NCBI GenBank assembly: GCA_963797095.1
Contig: CAWCNY010000006.1
Span: 928,001-992,000 of the forward strand
Reading direction: 5' to 3'
DNA from: an uncultured Chloroflexia bacterium
GTDB taxonomy: Bacteria > Chloroflexota > Chloroflexia > QHBQ01 > JADMIH01
DNA: 64,000 nucleotides
Positions 47,699 to 56,702 of this stretch are shown here, piece after piece. The translations under genes were made by a program, and so were the position numbers. The notes under the pieces are model-generated. The model did no database searches. It saw only the letters and a list, made by a program, of their open reading frames with translations, and was not told the origin of the DNA. The first letter of the stretch is position 1. Each line of letters begins with the position of its first letter.

Positions 47699-50572
47699 AT
47701 GGCACCCCTTAAGCGCGCACTCCGCTTCAGGCCCAATCTATTAACCACATTTTCAGTTGTCAGTTTTGTACTGATACTGGCCCTTGGCGTATTTCTCGCC
47801 GTAGGCATACAGCAGAAGGTTGAGGATAGCGCGATACACCAGCAGGCCCAGCACGCCGCAGACCTGATCAATCTCTATATTTCTCCTAAAGTGCAGCCTT
47901 ATGAGCTGACGCAGCCGTGGGATGTCGATTCTCCTGCGTTTAAGGAGCTGGACGACCTTATCCTGACGACAATGCTGCGCGACCATGTTGTGCGCGTAAA
48001 TTTGCTGAGCACAGAAGGGGTGGTTATTTATTCCGACCAGCCTCAACTCATAGGCGAAAAGGTCACACTGAATGAAGAGCAGTTGGAAGCCCTCGTAGGG
48101 GATCTCTTCGTGCATGTGATCAACCCGGATGCCAACGAGAGCGAGTTCGAAAAGGAACAAGCGGACCGTCTGCTCAAAATATACGTGCCATTCCGGGCGG
48201 CGGGCGAAACCGATCCTGAGGCTGTGTTTGAAGTTTATCTCGACCTTGACGCGGTAGATGCTCTGAATGAAGAAGTGAGCGCCTTCACATGGATGGCGAT
48301 GGGCGTTGGATTTGTCGTTCTCTATGCCTCGCTCTTTGCCCTGGTCTATCGAGCCTCGCGCACGTTGGCGCGCCAGAGCAGCGAGAACGCCCACCTATAT
48401 AAAGAAGCATCCCAGCGGCTGGCCGAGCGTATCGAAGTCGAACGCGATCTGAGGGATCGTGTGGAATTCGAACGATTGGTGATGGCGATCTCCACCAACT
48501 TCATTAACCTGGATACACATGAGCTTGATAACGGGGTGCGCCAGGCGCTACGCGCCGTGGGCACATACGTCGGTGCCGACCGTTGCTATGTGATGCGATT
48601 GGACACGGCAGAGTGGGCGACAATCACGCATGAATGGTGCGCACGCGGGGTAGTGCCGATGATAGGCACAACGCAAAAGTTGCTTGTGAGCGCGCTACCG
48701 TGGTCGAGTGCTCTTTTGAACGAAGGTGAGGCTGTGCATGTTCCTCAGGTTGCTCAGCTACCAGCAGAGGCACAGGCCGAGCGTGAGTTCTTCACCGCCA
48801 TGTCGAGCAAATCGGTGCTGCTGTTGCCGCTGGTATACAACAAGACACTTGTGGGCGCGCTAGGCATGGACAGGGTGCACCGGGCGGAAGCGTGGCCGGA
48901 GGAGAGCATCAGCCTGCTGAAGATTGTGGGCGAGATGCTGGTCAATGCGTTGGAAAGGCGGCGCGCTGAAGATGCAATTCGGGAGAGCGAGCAGCGCTTC
49001 CGGGCTGTGTTCGAGGGGGCGGCTTTCGCCATCGCCATAATGGATAGCACAGGGCGCATTGTGGAGAGCAACGAGCCTGTACAGGAACTGCTTGGATATT
49101 CGGGCGATGAACTGAAGAGGATGACCTTTGCGGATCTAACCCACCACGATGACATCGGGTTAAACATCAACGGTCGCCAGGAGCTATTCGAAGGCAAGCG
49201 CACCATGTACAGTATGGAGAAGCGCTATATTCGGAAGAACGGCGATATCGTATGGGTCAATTGCCTGGTGTCAGCTTTGAGAGATGCCAGGGGTGTGCCG
49301 CAACTGGCAATCGTCATGTTGCAGGATGTGACTGAGCGCAAACGCTCGCAGGCGGAGATCAAGAGGCAGATAGAGAGGCTTAACGCATTACGGACGATTG
49401 ACAACGCTATTACTTCCAGCTTCGACCTCACCCAGACACTGGATGTGGTGCTTGGGGAGGTAACTCGCCAGCTAAAGGTGGACGCGGCAAGCGTGTTGGT
49501 ATTGAACCAGCGTACCGGAAGCCTGGAATATACGGCAGGGCGCGGTTTTGGGGAGAGTACGGAGGCCGCCCGGACTTCCTGGCATTTGGGGCCTGGGGCG
49601 CGATATTTCATGGAGCTTGCCCGGCGAGCCGCAGTGGAGCGGAGGATGGTGCAGGTGCCCGACCTGAGTGATGCATCGCTGGTGGGTGGTCCGCTGTCGA
49701 TCAGGAGGGAGCCTGTGCTGTCGATTGAGGGCCAGGCAGGGATTGAGGACGATCTCGCGGATGCATATCTGGCCTATTTCGCGCTGCCACTTACGGCTAA
49801 GGGAAAGGTAGTGGGCGTGCTCGAAATTTACCACAGGGTGGCTCTCAAACCCACACCTGAGTGGCTGCATTTCCTGGAAACGCTGGCCGGTCAGACGGCT
49901 ATTGCCGTGGATAATGCGTTGTTGTTCCAGGACCTTCAGCGGTACAACCTCGAACTGTCGCTGGCGTATGATACGACGTTGGAGGGGTGGTCGCGGGCGT
50001 TGGACCTGCGCGATAAAGAGACCGAAGGGCACACCCAACGGGTGACCGAGATGACCATCAGATTGGCGCGCACGATGGGCATCGATGAAACAGGGTTGGT
50101 GCACATCCGCAGGGGAGCCCTCCTGCATGACATTGGCAAGATGGGTATACCTGATGCGATTCTGCTGAAGCCTGGCCCGCTGACCAAGGACGAATGGGAG
50201 ATCATGCGGTTGCACCCGAGCTATGCATATGAACTCCTCTCGCCAATTGCTTTTCTACACCCGGCCCTCGATATACCTTATGCGCACCACGAGAAGTGGG
50301 ATGGGTCGGGGTATCCACGCCGGTTACATGGGGAAGAGATACCGCTGGCAGCCCGAATATTTGCTATAGTGGACGTGTACGATGCCCTCAGATCGGATAG
50401 GCCCTATCGCTCTGCATGGCCTGAGGAGAAGGTGATCCAGCACCTCCGGTCGTTGGCGGGTACGCATTTTGACCCGTATGTAGTTGATGCTTTCCTCAAG
50501 ATGGACCGTTCATGGTACTGTCGCACTTCCACTTCACCGGAACTGGTGGCCGAGTATTTCGGCGTCAAGTAG
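47699..50572 (+). CDS. Membrane sensor GAF-PAS-GAF HD-GYP cyclic-dinucleotide phosphodiesterase
   Basis: Two TMs, GAF, PAS (LGYS..EL, EKRYIRKNG...DVTERK), GAF, LHDIGK, HHEKWDGSGYP, DRPYR. Confidence 0.92.
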   Translation: MAPLKRALRFRPNLLTTFSVVSFVLILALGVFLAVGIQQKVEDSAIHQQAQHAADLINLYISPKVQPYELTQPWDVDSPAFKELDDLILTTMLRDHVVRVNLLSTEGVVIYSDQPQLIGEKVTLNEEQLEALVGDLFVHVINPDANESEFEKEQADRLLKIYVPFRAAGETDPEAVFEVYLDLDAVDALNEEVSAFTWMAMGVGFVVLYASLFALVYRASRTLARQSSENAHLYKEASQRLAERIEVERDLRDRVEFERLVMAISTNFINLDTHELDNGVRQALRAVGTYVGADRCYVMRLDTAEWATITHEWCARGVVPMIGTTQKLLVSALPWSSALLNEGEAVHVPQVAQLPAEAQAEREFFTAMSSKSVLLLPLVYNKTLVGALGMDRVHRAEAWPEESISLLKIVGEMLVNALERRRAEDAIRESEQRFRAVFEGAAFAIAIMDSTGRIVESNEPVQELLGYSGDELKRMTFADLTHHDDIGLNINGRQELFEGKRTMYSMEKRYIRKNGDIVWVNCLVSALRDARGVPQLAIVMLQDVTERKRSQAEIKRQIERLNALRTIDNAITSSFDLTQTLDVVLGEVTRQLKVDAASVLVLNQRTGSLEYTAGRGFGESTEAARTSWHLGPGARYFMELARRAAVERRMVQVPDLSDASLVGGPLSIRREPVLSIEGQAGIEDDLADAYLAYFALPLTAKGKVVGVLEIYHRVALKPTPEWLHFLETLAGQTAIAVDNALLFQDLQRYNLELSLAYDTTLEGWSRALDLRDKETEGHTQRVTEMTIRLARTMGIDETGLVHIRRGALLHDIGKMGIPDAILLKPGPLTKDEWEIMRLHPSYAYELLSPIAFLHPALDIPYAHHEKWDGSGYPRRLHGEEIPLAARIFAIVDVYDALRSDRPYRSAWPEEKVIQHLRSLAGTHFDPYVVDAFLKMDRSWYCRTSTSPELVAEYFGVK

Positions 50573-50723
50573 CCGGTTGCAGGTTTGCCACTGAGATACA
50601 TTTCAAGCTTGAATAACGAGTCCGCGAGGGCGCAGCATGTCGCGCTTCAGGGGCCGTTTGTGGCTATCTGATCGACGCCTGAAATTATGATTATTGAGTG
50701 GCGAAGATGGCTGTTTTCCACAG

Positions 50724-50752
50724 TTGACAAACGGGTTGATTTGCTGTAGAAT
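50724..50752 (+). promoter_or_regulatory. Sigma70-type promoter of recA
   Basis: TTGACA (50724-50729), 17-bp spacer, TAGAAT (50747-50752). Confidence 0.8.
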
Positions 50753-50894
50753 TGAGCGGTAAAGTAGAACAAATGAGCGATATACATACGCGTTCAGCGT
50801 TTTGTGAGCGGCCTTGTTCTACGCACTTGTGACCCAGGTGATAGCGCTGAATTTGTGATATTATTGTGCATGAGAACTTCAGAGGAGAAATGAG

Positions 50895-51990
50895 ATGGTT
50901 CAAGACAAAGAACGCGACAAGGCCCTCGAAAACGCCATCGCTCAGATAGACCGCCAGTTCGGCAAAGGCTCCATCATGAGAATGGTGGAATATGGCAACA
51001 GGATGCAGGTGGAGTCGATCCCCACAGGCTCTATTGCTCTGGACATGGCGCTGGGCGGCGGGGGCGTGCCGCGTGGGCGCGTGGTCGAAATCTACGGGCC
51101 GGAGTCGTCGGGCAAGACCACCCTTTCCTATCATATTATGGCCGAGGCGCAAAAGATGGGCGGTGTGTCGGCTTATATAGATGCCGAGCACGCCTTCGAC
51201 CCTGAGTATGCGGCCAGGTGCGGGCTTAACCTCGACCAGTTGCTGATCTCGCAGCCTGACAACAGCGAGCAGGCGCTTGAGATCACGGAGACATTGGTGC
51301 GATCCGGGGCCATTGATGTGATCGTGATCGAACTCGGTGGCCGCCCTGGTGCCTCGCGCTGAGATCGAGGGCGAGATGGGCGACAGCCACGTCGGCTTGA
51401 TGGCCCGTTTGATGTCGCAGGCCCTACGCAAGCTTGTGGGCGCTGTCGCGAAATCGCGCTGCTGTCTGGTCTTTACCAACCAGATCCGCATGAAGATCGG
51501 CGTGATGTTCGGCAACCCTGAGACCACCACCGGCGGGCAGGCTCTGAAGTTCTACTCTTCGGTGCGTATGGAGATCCGCAGGGTGGAGTCGATCAAGCAG
51601 GGGCAGGAGGTGTCGGGGAACAGGGTGCGCGTGAAGGTAGTCAAGAACAAGGTCGCGCCGCCTTTCCGCAACGCCGAGTTCGACATCATGTTCAACGAGG
51701 GGATCAGCCGCATCGGGTCTATCGTCGACCTGGGCACCGAGATGGGCGTGCTCCGCAAGTCTGGCGCGTTCTATTCGTTCGGCGACCAGAGGCTGGGCCA
51801 GGGGCGCGAGAATGTGAAAGAGTTCCTCAAAGGGCACCCTGAGTTGACCGACGAGATCGAGTCGCAGATCAGGACCATCATGGCCGAGAAAGGCGCTGCC
51901 ACCATTTCGATGGGGGTCGTTGCTCCCGCTAAGAACGGCAAGAGCGCTCCCGCCGCCTCGGACGAGGATGAGGACGAAGAAGAGTTTTAG
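50895..51990 (+). pseudogene. recA: Recombinase RecA with a single +1 frameshift at 51331-51332 (probably sequencing error)
   Basis: [41 protein letters not shown]; atcgaactcg should read atcgactcg (IDSVAAL). Confidence 0.95.
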
Positions 51991-51994
51991 TTAG

Positions 51995-52061
51995 GGACGA
52001 AAGACGAAGGGCGGAAGACGGAGGCGGTAATGGCCCGGTCTTCCGCCCTTCGTCTTTCGTC
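51995..52061. repeat. Inverted heptamer arrays forming a hairpin between recA and recX
   Basis: gacgaaagacgaagggcggaagac pairs with gtcttccgcccttcgtctttcgtc. Confidence 0.85.
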
Positions 52062-52070
52062 GGTTAAGTC

Positions 52071-52802
52071 ATGAATGATGTGATTACGGCGCTTCAGGCC
52101 GACCCGATGGACACGGACAAGATACACGTGTTCATCGATGGACAGCACATGCTGGTGGTCTCGCTGGATGTGGCAGCGGGCGAGCGTCTGGCGGTGGGGC
52201 AGTCTTGCCCACCGGAGCGTTTGGAGAAGTTGCATGCGGCTGAAGAGGAGCAGCGTGTGTACGAGGCGGCCCTCAATTTCCTGTCGTACAGGCCGCGCTC
52301 GGGGCGCGAGGTAGAGATGCGCCTGCGCAAGAAGGGTTATACACCTGCGCAGATCGATAGTGCGCTGGTGCGACTTCGCAAGCAAGGGCTTGTGGACGAC
52401 CGTGAATTCAGCCGCTTCTGGATCAACAACCGTCAGACCTTTTCACCAAGGGGGCCGCGATTGTTGAGGTCGGAACTGCGGCAGAAGGGCGTACCTCAAG
52501 ACATAGTGGACGAGATGATGGCGGAATACCAGGGGGAGCAGGCCGAACGCGCCGAGGAAGCCGCCGAAGTGGCCGCCGAGTACGGGATAGCGGACGAGGA
52601 GCCTGCTCCTGGGTCGAACGTGGCGACCGCTCTCGCACTGGCCCGCAAGAGGATGCGATTGGTGTCCAACCTGGATCCCCTCACCCAAAAGCGCAGGCTG
52701 TCAGCGTTCCTGGCAAGGCGTGGGTACGGCTATGATACTATTGATGCGGTGTTGCGTCGGGTGCTAAATAATGATACTGGTGAGCCAGACGACGAATTGT
52801 AA
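52071..52802 (+). CDS. recX: Regulatory protein RecX
   Basis: Directly after recA; LSYRPRS..EV..RL, DDREF, RGPRLLRSELRQKG, FLARRGY. Confidence 0.92.
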   Translation: MNDVITALQADPMDTDKIHVFIDGQHMLVVSLDVAAGERLAVGQSCPPERLEKLHAAEEEQRVYEAALNFLSYRPRSGREVEMRLRKKGYTPAQIDSALVRLRKQGLVDDREFSRFWINNRQTFSPRGPRLLRSELRQKGVPQDIVDEMMAEYQGEQAERAEEAAEVAAEYGIADEEPAPGSNVATALALARKRMRLVSNLDPLTQKRRLSAFLARRGYGYDTIDAVLRRVLNNDTGEPDDEL

Positions 52803-52861
52803 TTACGAAGCTTGAGGACAGTTCATTCGCCTGGGCGTCCTATGCTAGAATAGTCGCTAGA

Positions 52862-53401
52862 ATGGAAGAGGCCAACACCGACGAACTTGATCTCGGCCAC
52901 ATCGCAGGGCTGCAATTGACTGCATCCAACTCGGCGTTGGTCGGGTCGGGCATCCTGTGGATCGCGGTTGGCGCGTTCGCAGTGATAGTTTTGAGATTGT
53001 CGGTTATAGACGGCGTGGCGCTGGGGTTGTTTGCTGTCTTGCTACATTGGATAAGCGACATACTTCATCAGCTTGGGCATGCGCGTGCGGCCCGCCGCAC
53101 AGGCTACCCTATGGTGGGTGTGAGATTATGGTGGGTGCTGAGTAGCTCGATTTATCCTGCTGGTGAACCGCCACTGCCCGCGAATGTGCATATCAGGCGG
53201 GCGCTTGGCGGGCCGATCTTGAGCCTTGTGCTAACTATCATAAGCGCGATTTTGCTGGTGCTCTTCCCGAACAATTCAATATTCTGGTGGTTGGCGCTCT
53301 TTTTCACGCTCGACAACTTGCTTGTGTTCACTCTTGGCTCGCTCCTTCCGCTGAACTTTACAGATGGGGGCACTTTGCTTTATTGGCTCCGCAAGACATA
53401 G
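52862..53401 (+). CDS. Site-2 protease (M50)-like membrane protein with HQxxH motif
   Basis: ILHQLGH, ALGGP, LLPLNFTDGG. Confidence 0.65.
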   Translation: MEEANTDELDLGHIAGLQLTASNSALVGSGILWIAVGAFAVIVLRLSVIDGVALGLFAVLLHWISDILHQLGHARAARRTGYPMVGVRLWWVLSSSIYPAGEPPLPANVHIRRALGGPILSLVLTIISAILLVLFPNNSIFWWLALFFTLDNLLVFTLGSLLPLNFTDGGTLLYWLRKT

Positions 53402-53490
53402 CAAAATCACCCGAAAGTACACCCCAAAACCTGTCCCGTTTTGCCTCACCAATGCCCTATAGTTAATGAGGGCAAGAATAACCATCTATT
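53401..53490 (+). repeat. Dispersed repeat family B, copy 3
   Basis: gcaaaatcacccgaaagtacaccccaaaacctgtcccgttttgcctcaccaatgccctatagttaatgagggcaag. Confidence 0.85.
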
Positions 53491-53642
53491 CATAGACCTA
53501 CCGGAATCGGGACCACTGCCTATACTAAAGTACGCACTCTTACGCAGTCTTACCGCCACGTATCAGTCACCCACAGTACAATACAATGGCCGCACTCATG
53601 CTCTTGCGACTTTGGTCGTTTTGCGGTGGAACCTATAGCTGA

Positions 53643-53669
53643 TGTAGCACGTTCTACAGGGTGTATAAT
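53643..53669 (+). promoter_or_regulatory. -10 box with adjacent palindromic operator candidate
   Basis: TGTAGCACGTTCTACA (53643-53658) near-perfect palindrome, TATAAT at 53664-53669. Confidence 0.5.
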
Positions 53670-53716
53670 AATAGGTGGTGTGGCTTTTCCCCACACCTAA
53701 AAGGAGCTGATGACCT

Positions 53717-56668
53717 ATGTCTAGCAAACGTAAAATCGTGTTCGCAGCGGCGTCGCTGCTGACGCTTTTGCCCGCGGTGTCGGCGTTTGGTCCGAAGCAG
53801 GCCTCGGCGGCGGATTTCGCGGACGCAGCTTTCAAGCAGGTTTGGACTCGAACAGACAAACTGGTGGCCGACGGTACACTCAAGAGGAGTTTCTACTGGG
53901 GCCCAACGCCCGGCGAGTCGCTCATGGAGCCATACGCGCAGGGTGAGGGGGGTATGCGGCGCGTGCAGTATTTCGACAAGAGCCGCATGGAGATCAACGA
54001 CCCGAGCGCGGACCCCAATAACGCGTTCTATGTGACCAACGGTTTGCTTACGGTCGAATTGATCTCAGGCAAGATGCAGGTTGGTGATTCGGAGTACCAG
54101 GACCGTGAGCCTGCCGACATCCCGCTTGCCTCGGATAACGACGATACGAACGCGCCCACATATGCCTCGTTCACCAATCTCGCAAACTCGCCTCTAGGCG
54201 ACCACCCGGCAGAGGACCAGACCGGGAAGGTGGTCAATCAGTCGGTGAATAAGGCGGGCCAGGTGAAGACCAACTCGGCGTTTGAGAAGTACGCGGTCAA
54301 GTATGGGTTCTACAACGAGGAGACCCAGCACAACATCGCCGATAAGATATGGGATTTCCTGAACCTGAGCGGGCCGGTGATCGGGCCGGATGGCAAGCAG
54401 AGCACTGCGCGGCTGTCGGACCCCTGGTTCTACACCACTGGATACGCGATTTCGGAACCATATTGGGCCAATGTGAAGGTAGCGGGCAAGCAGACCGACG
54501 TGCTTATCCAGCTTTTCCAGCGCAGGGTTGTCACCTACCAGCCCGATGCGCCCGAAGGGTTCAAGGTGCAGATGGGCAACATCGGCGCTCACTATTACGA
54601 CTGGCGCTACAAGTCGGGCGGGCTTTCGATCCAGAGTTTTGCGCCCTATAACCTTGAGCCTTCCACCGTCATACCTGCGGTCCAGTCATACCAGACGGCT
54701 GCCGGGCTGAGCAACGTCACCAACGCGGGCGACTTCAACCTGACGGCAAGCGAGAAGGCGCTGATCGCGAAGAACAACTTCGCTGCTGCCTTCTCCACCG
54801 ACCAGGAGTACAAGCAGTTCTACCAGCTTTACGAAGATGGGAGATACAGTGAAAAACCTATTTTCGTAACGACCGACTCGATATTGCACGTGTACCACCT
54901 GATCTTCGATAAGCTCCTGAGAAGCACCGAGACCACCTATCTGATCCCCGACCTGAAGGAAATGACAGGTGGGCTGCTTGCGGCCACCCAGGCCCAATAC
55001 GACCAGTTGAAAGGGACGAAATCAGAGACTGCGGCCAAGCGCAACCTGGGTTTCCTATCCGTTGCGGCCAAGCTCCTCGATCCCAACTTTAGCGTGCCTG
55101 CGTCGGTAGCCGATATAGTCAACTCTGATGTGTCGAAGATCATGGCGCACGGCGGGATCGCACAATCCGATGTGATGGGCGTGGATGGCTCGGAGTATAT
55201 GGAAGACTTCAGCCAGTATGTGCCTCGCGGGCACTACACCCGCTCAGAGGACCTGATGCGCTACTTCCGCACCATGATGTGGTACGGGCGTATGACCTTC
55301 CGCCTGAAGAGCGCGGACGAGACGCGGTCGGCCCTGCTGATGACACAGGCCCTCCAGACCGCGAAGGCCGACGATACATCGGTAGCTGGGCTGTGGTCCG
55401 ATATCTACGAGCCTACCAGCTTCTTTGTTGGCGGCTCGGACGACTTAACCTACCAGGACTACGCGCCCGTGATGGCGCAGGTGTTCGGAGCTAGCGCCAA
55501 TGCCCAATCTCTGAACGATAATGCCAGGATTGCCCAGTTCCAGGAGCTAGGCAAGAACTTCGCGGCTCCCAAGATCAACTCGATGTTCGTGTACATCTAT
55601 GAGGACAAGGAGCAGGTGACGAAGGGCTTGCGCCTTATGGGCCAGCGCTTCACGCTCGATGAGTATGTGTTCGGGCAACTTATCTGGCGCGAGGTAGGCA
55701 CCATAGACGACCCAAGATGGCTCCCCAAGGGCCTCGATGTGCCCGCGGCCTTCGGGTCGGAGGAAGCCTACAACATCCTCGATGACATGGGCGAGACCAA
55801 GTACATGAGCTACACGTTGCAGCTTGATAAGGTGCAGAACCAGATAGCGTCTCTCTCCGACTCGCAGTGGACCGAGAACCTCTACTGGTCGTGGCTCTAT
55901 TCGTTCCGGCCTCTGTTGGAACCGAAGGCCACCGACAGTGGATACCCCAGCTTCATGACCAACAGCGCCTGGACCCGCAAGGATCTCAACACGATGCTGG
56001 GTAGCTGGACCGAGTTGAAGCACGACACGATCCTCTATGCCAAGCAGGTGATGGCGGAGATGGGCGGTGGGCCTCCCGAAGTCATCAAGGGCTACGTGGA
56101 GCCTGAGCCTAACTTCTATGCTAGGGTGGCTGCCCTGATCGGGATGACCCGTGATGGCCTCCTGTCACGCGGCCTGCTGGAAAAGACCGAGGACCAGTTT
56201 GCCGTGTCGGACTACAACACGCTCACCGAGTTGTACGACCTGGCGCTCGACCTGAAGCACATAAGCGAGAAGGAATTGAGCAACCAGCCGTTGACCAACG
56301 ACGAATACGACCTGATCCAGTACTACGGCGGCAAGCTTGAGCAGATCACGATCAACGCTTCCGACCCTGAGAACAGCGAGCCGGGCAACACCGACCTGAA
56401 TGACCAGGACGCGGCGGTAGTGGCCGACGTGGCGACAGGCGGCGAGGCTGGCGACCAGGCCCTTGAAGAAGGCACCGGGCGGATCATGGAGATCTACGTG
56501 GTAGTGCCGATCGAAGGGAAACTGGTGCTTACTCGCGGCGGCATCTACAGCCAGTATGAGTTCATCCAGCCGACCAGCAACCGCCTGACCGACGAGCAGT
56601 GGCGAGACAAACTGGACAGCGGGGATATTCCCTCGCTGGGCGACTGGAAGACCTACATCGCCAGATAG
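53717..56668 (+). CDS. Secreted DUF3160-domain protein with N-terminal Chloroflexota-type surface module
   Basis: Signal peptide; PIFVTTDSILH, DFSQYVPRGHYT, MGQRFTLD, SWTELKHDTILYAKQ, GYVEP, RLTDEQW; AAGGAG RBS. Confidence 0.85.
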   Translation: MSSKRKIVFAAASLLTLLPAVSAFGPKQASAADFADAAFKQVWTRTDKLVADGTLKRSFYWGPTPGESLMEPYAQGEGGMRRVQYFDKSRMEINDPSADPNNAFYVTNGLLTVELISGKMQVGDSEYQDREPADIPLASDNDDTNAPTYASFTNLANSPLGDHPAEDQTGKVVNQSVNKAGQVKTNSAFEKYAVKYGFYNEETQHNIADKIWDFLNLSGPVIGPDGKQSTARLSDPWFYTTGYAISEPYWANVKVAGKQTDVLIQLFQRRVVTYQPDAPEGFKVQMGNIGAHYYDWRYKSGGLSIQSFAPYNLEPSTVIPAVQSYQTAAGLSNVTNAGDFNLTASEKALIAKNNFAAAFSTDQEYKQFYQLYEDGRYSEKPIFVTTDSILHVYHLIFDKLLRSTETTYLIPDLKEMTGGLLAATQAQYDQLKGTKSETAAKRNLGFLSVAAKLLDPNFSVPASVADIVNSDVSKIMAHGGIAQSDVMGVDGSEYMEDFSQYVPRGHYTRSEDLMRYFRTMMWYGRMTFRLKSADETRSALLMTQALQTAKADDTSVAGLWSDIYEPTSFFVGGSDDLTYQDYAPVMAQVFGASANAQSLNDNARIAQFQELGKNFAAPKINSMFVYIYEDKEQVTKGLRLMGQRFTLDEYVFGQLIWREVGTIDDPRWLPKGLDVPAAFGSEEAYNILDDMGETKYMSYTLQLDKVQNQIASLSDSQWTENLYWSWLYSFRPLLEPKATDSGYPSFMTNSAWTRKDLNTMLGSWTELKHDTILYAKQVMAEMGGGPPEVIKGYVEPEPNFYARVAALIGMTRDGLLSRGLLEKTEDQFAVSDYNTLTELYDLALDLKHISEKELSNQPLTNDEYDLIQYYGGKLEQITINASDPENSEPGNTDLNDQDAAVVADVATGGEAGDQALEEGTGRIMEIYVVVPIEGKLVLTRGGIYSQYEFIQPTSNRLTDEQWRDKLDSGDIPSLGDWKTYIAR

Positions 56669-56702
56669 ACTGTGGGCTTGAGACAATAGTCGAAAAATAT
56701 CA

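Noticed and set aside
50622-50650. Degenerate REP-like sequence (gagggcgcagcatgtcgcgcttcag)
   Set aside because: Too degenerate to support without a genome-wide consensus
50691-51530. 279-aa minus-strand ORF
   Set aside because: Antisense to recA; it stays open across the frameshift site by chance
50895-51990. Intein, intron or programmed frameshift in recA
   Set aside because: Total length is that of a normal RecA; the break is one extra base with no slippery sequence
52520-52620. Acidic insertion in RecX
   Set aside because: The inter-repeat linker of RecX is variable; no evidence of a separate function
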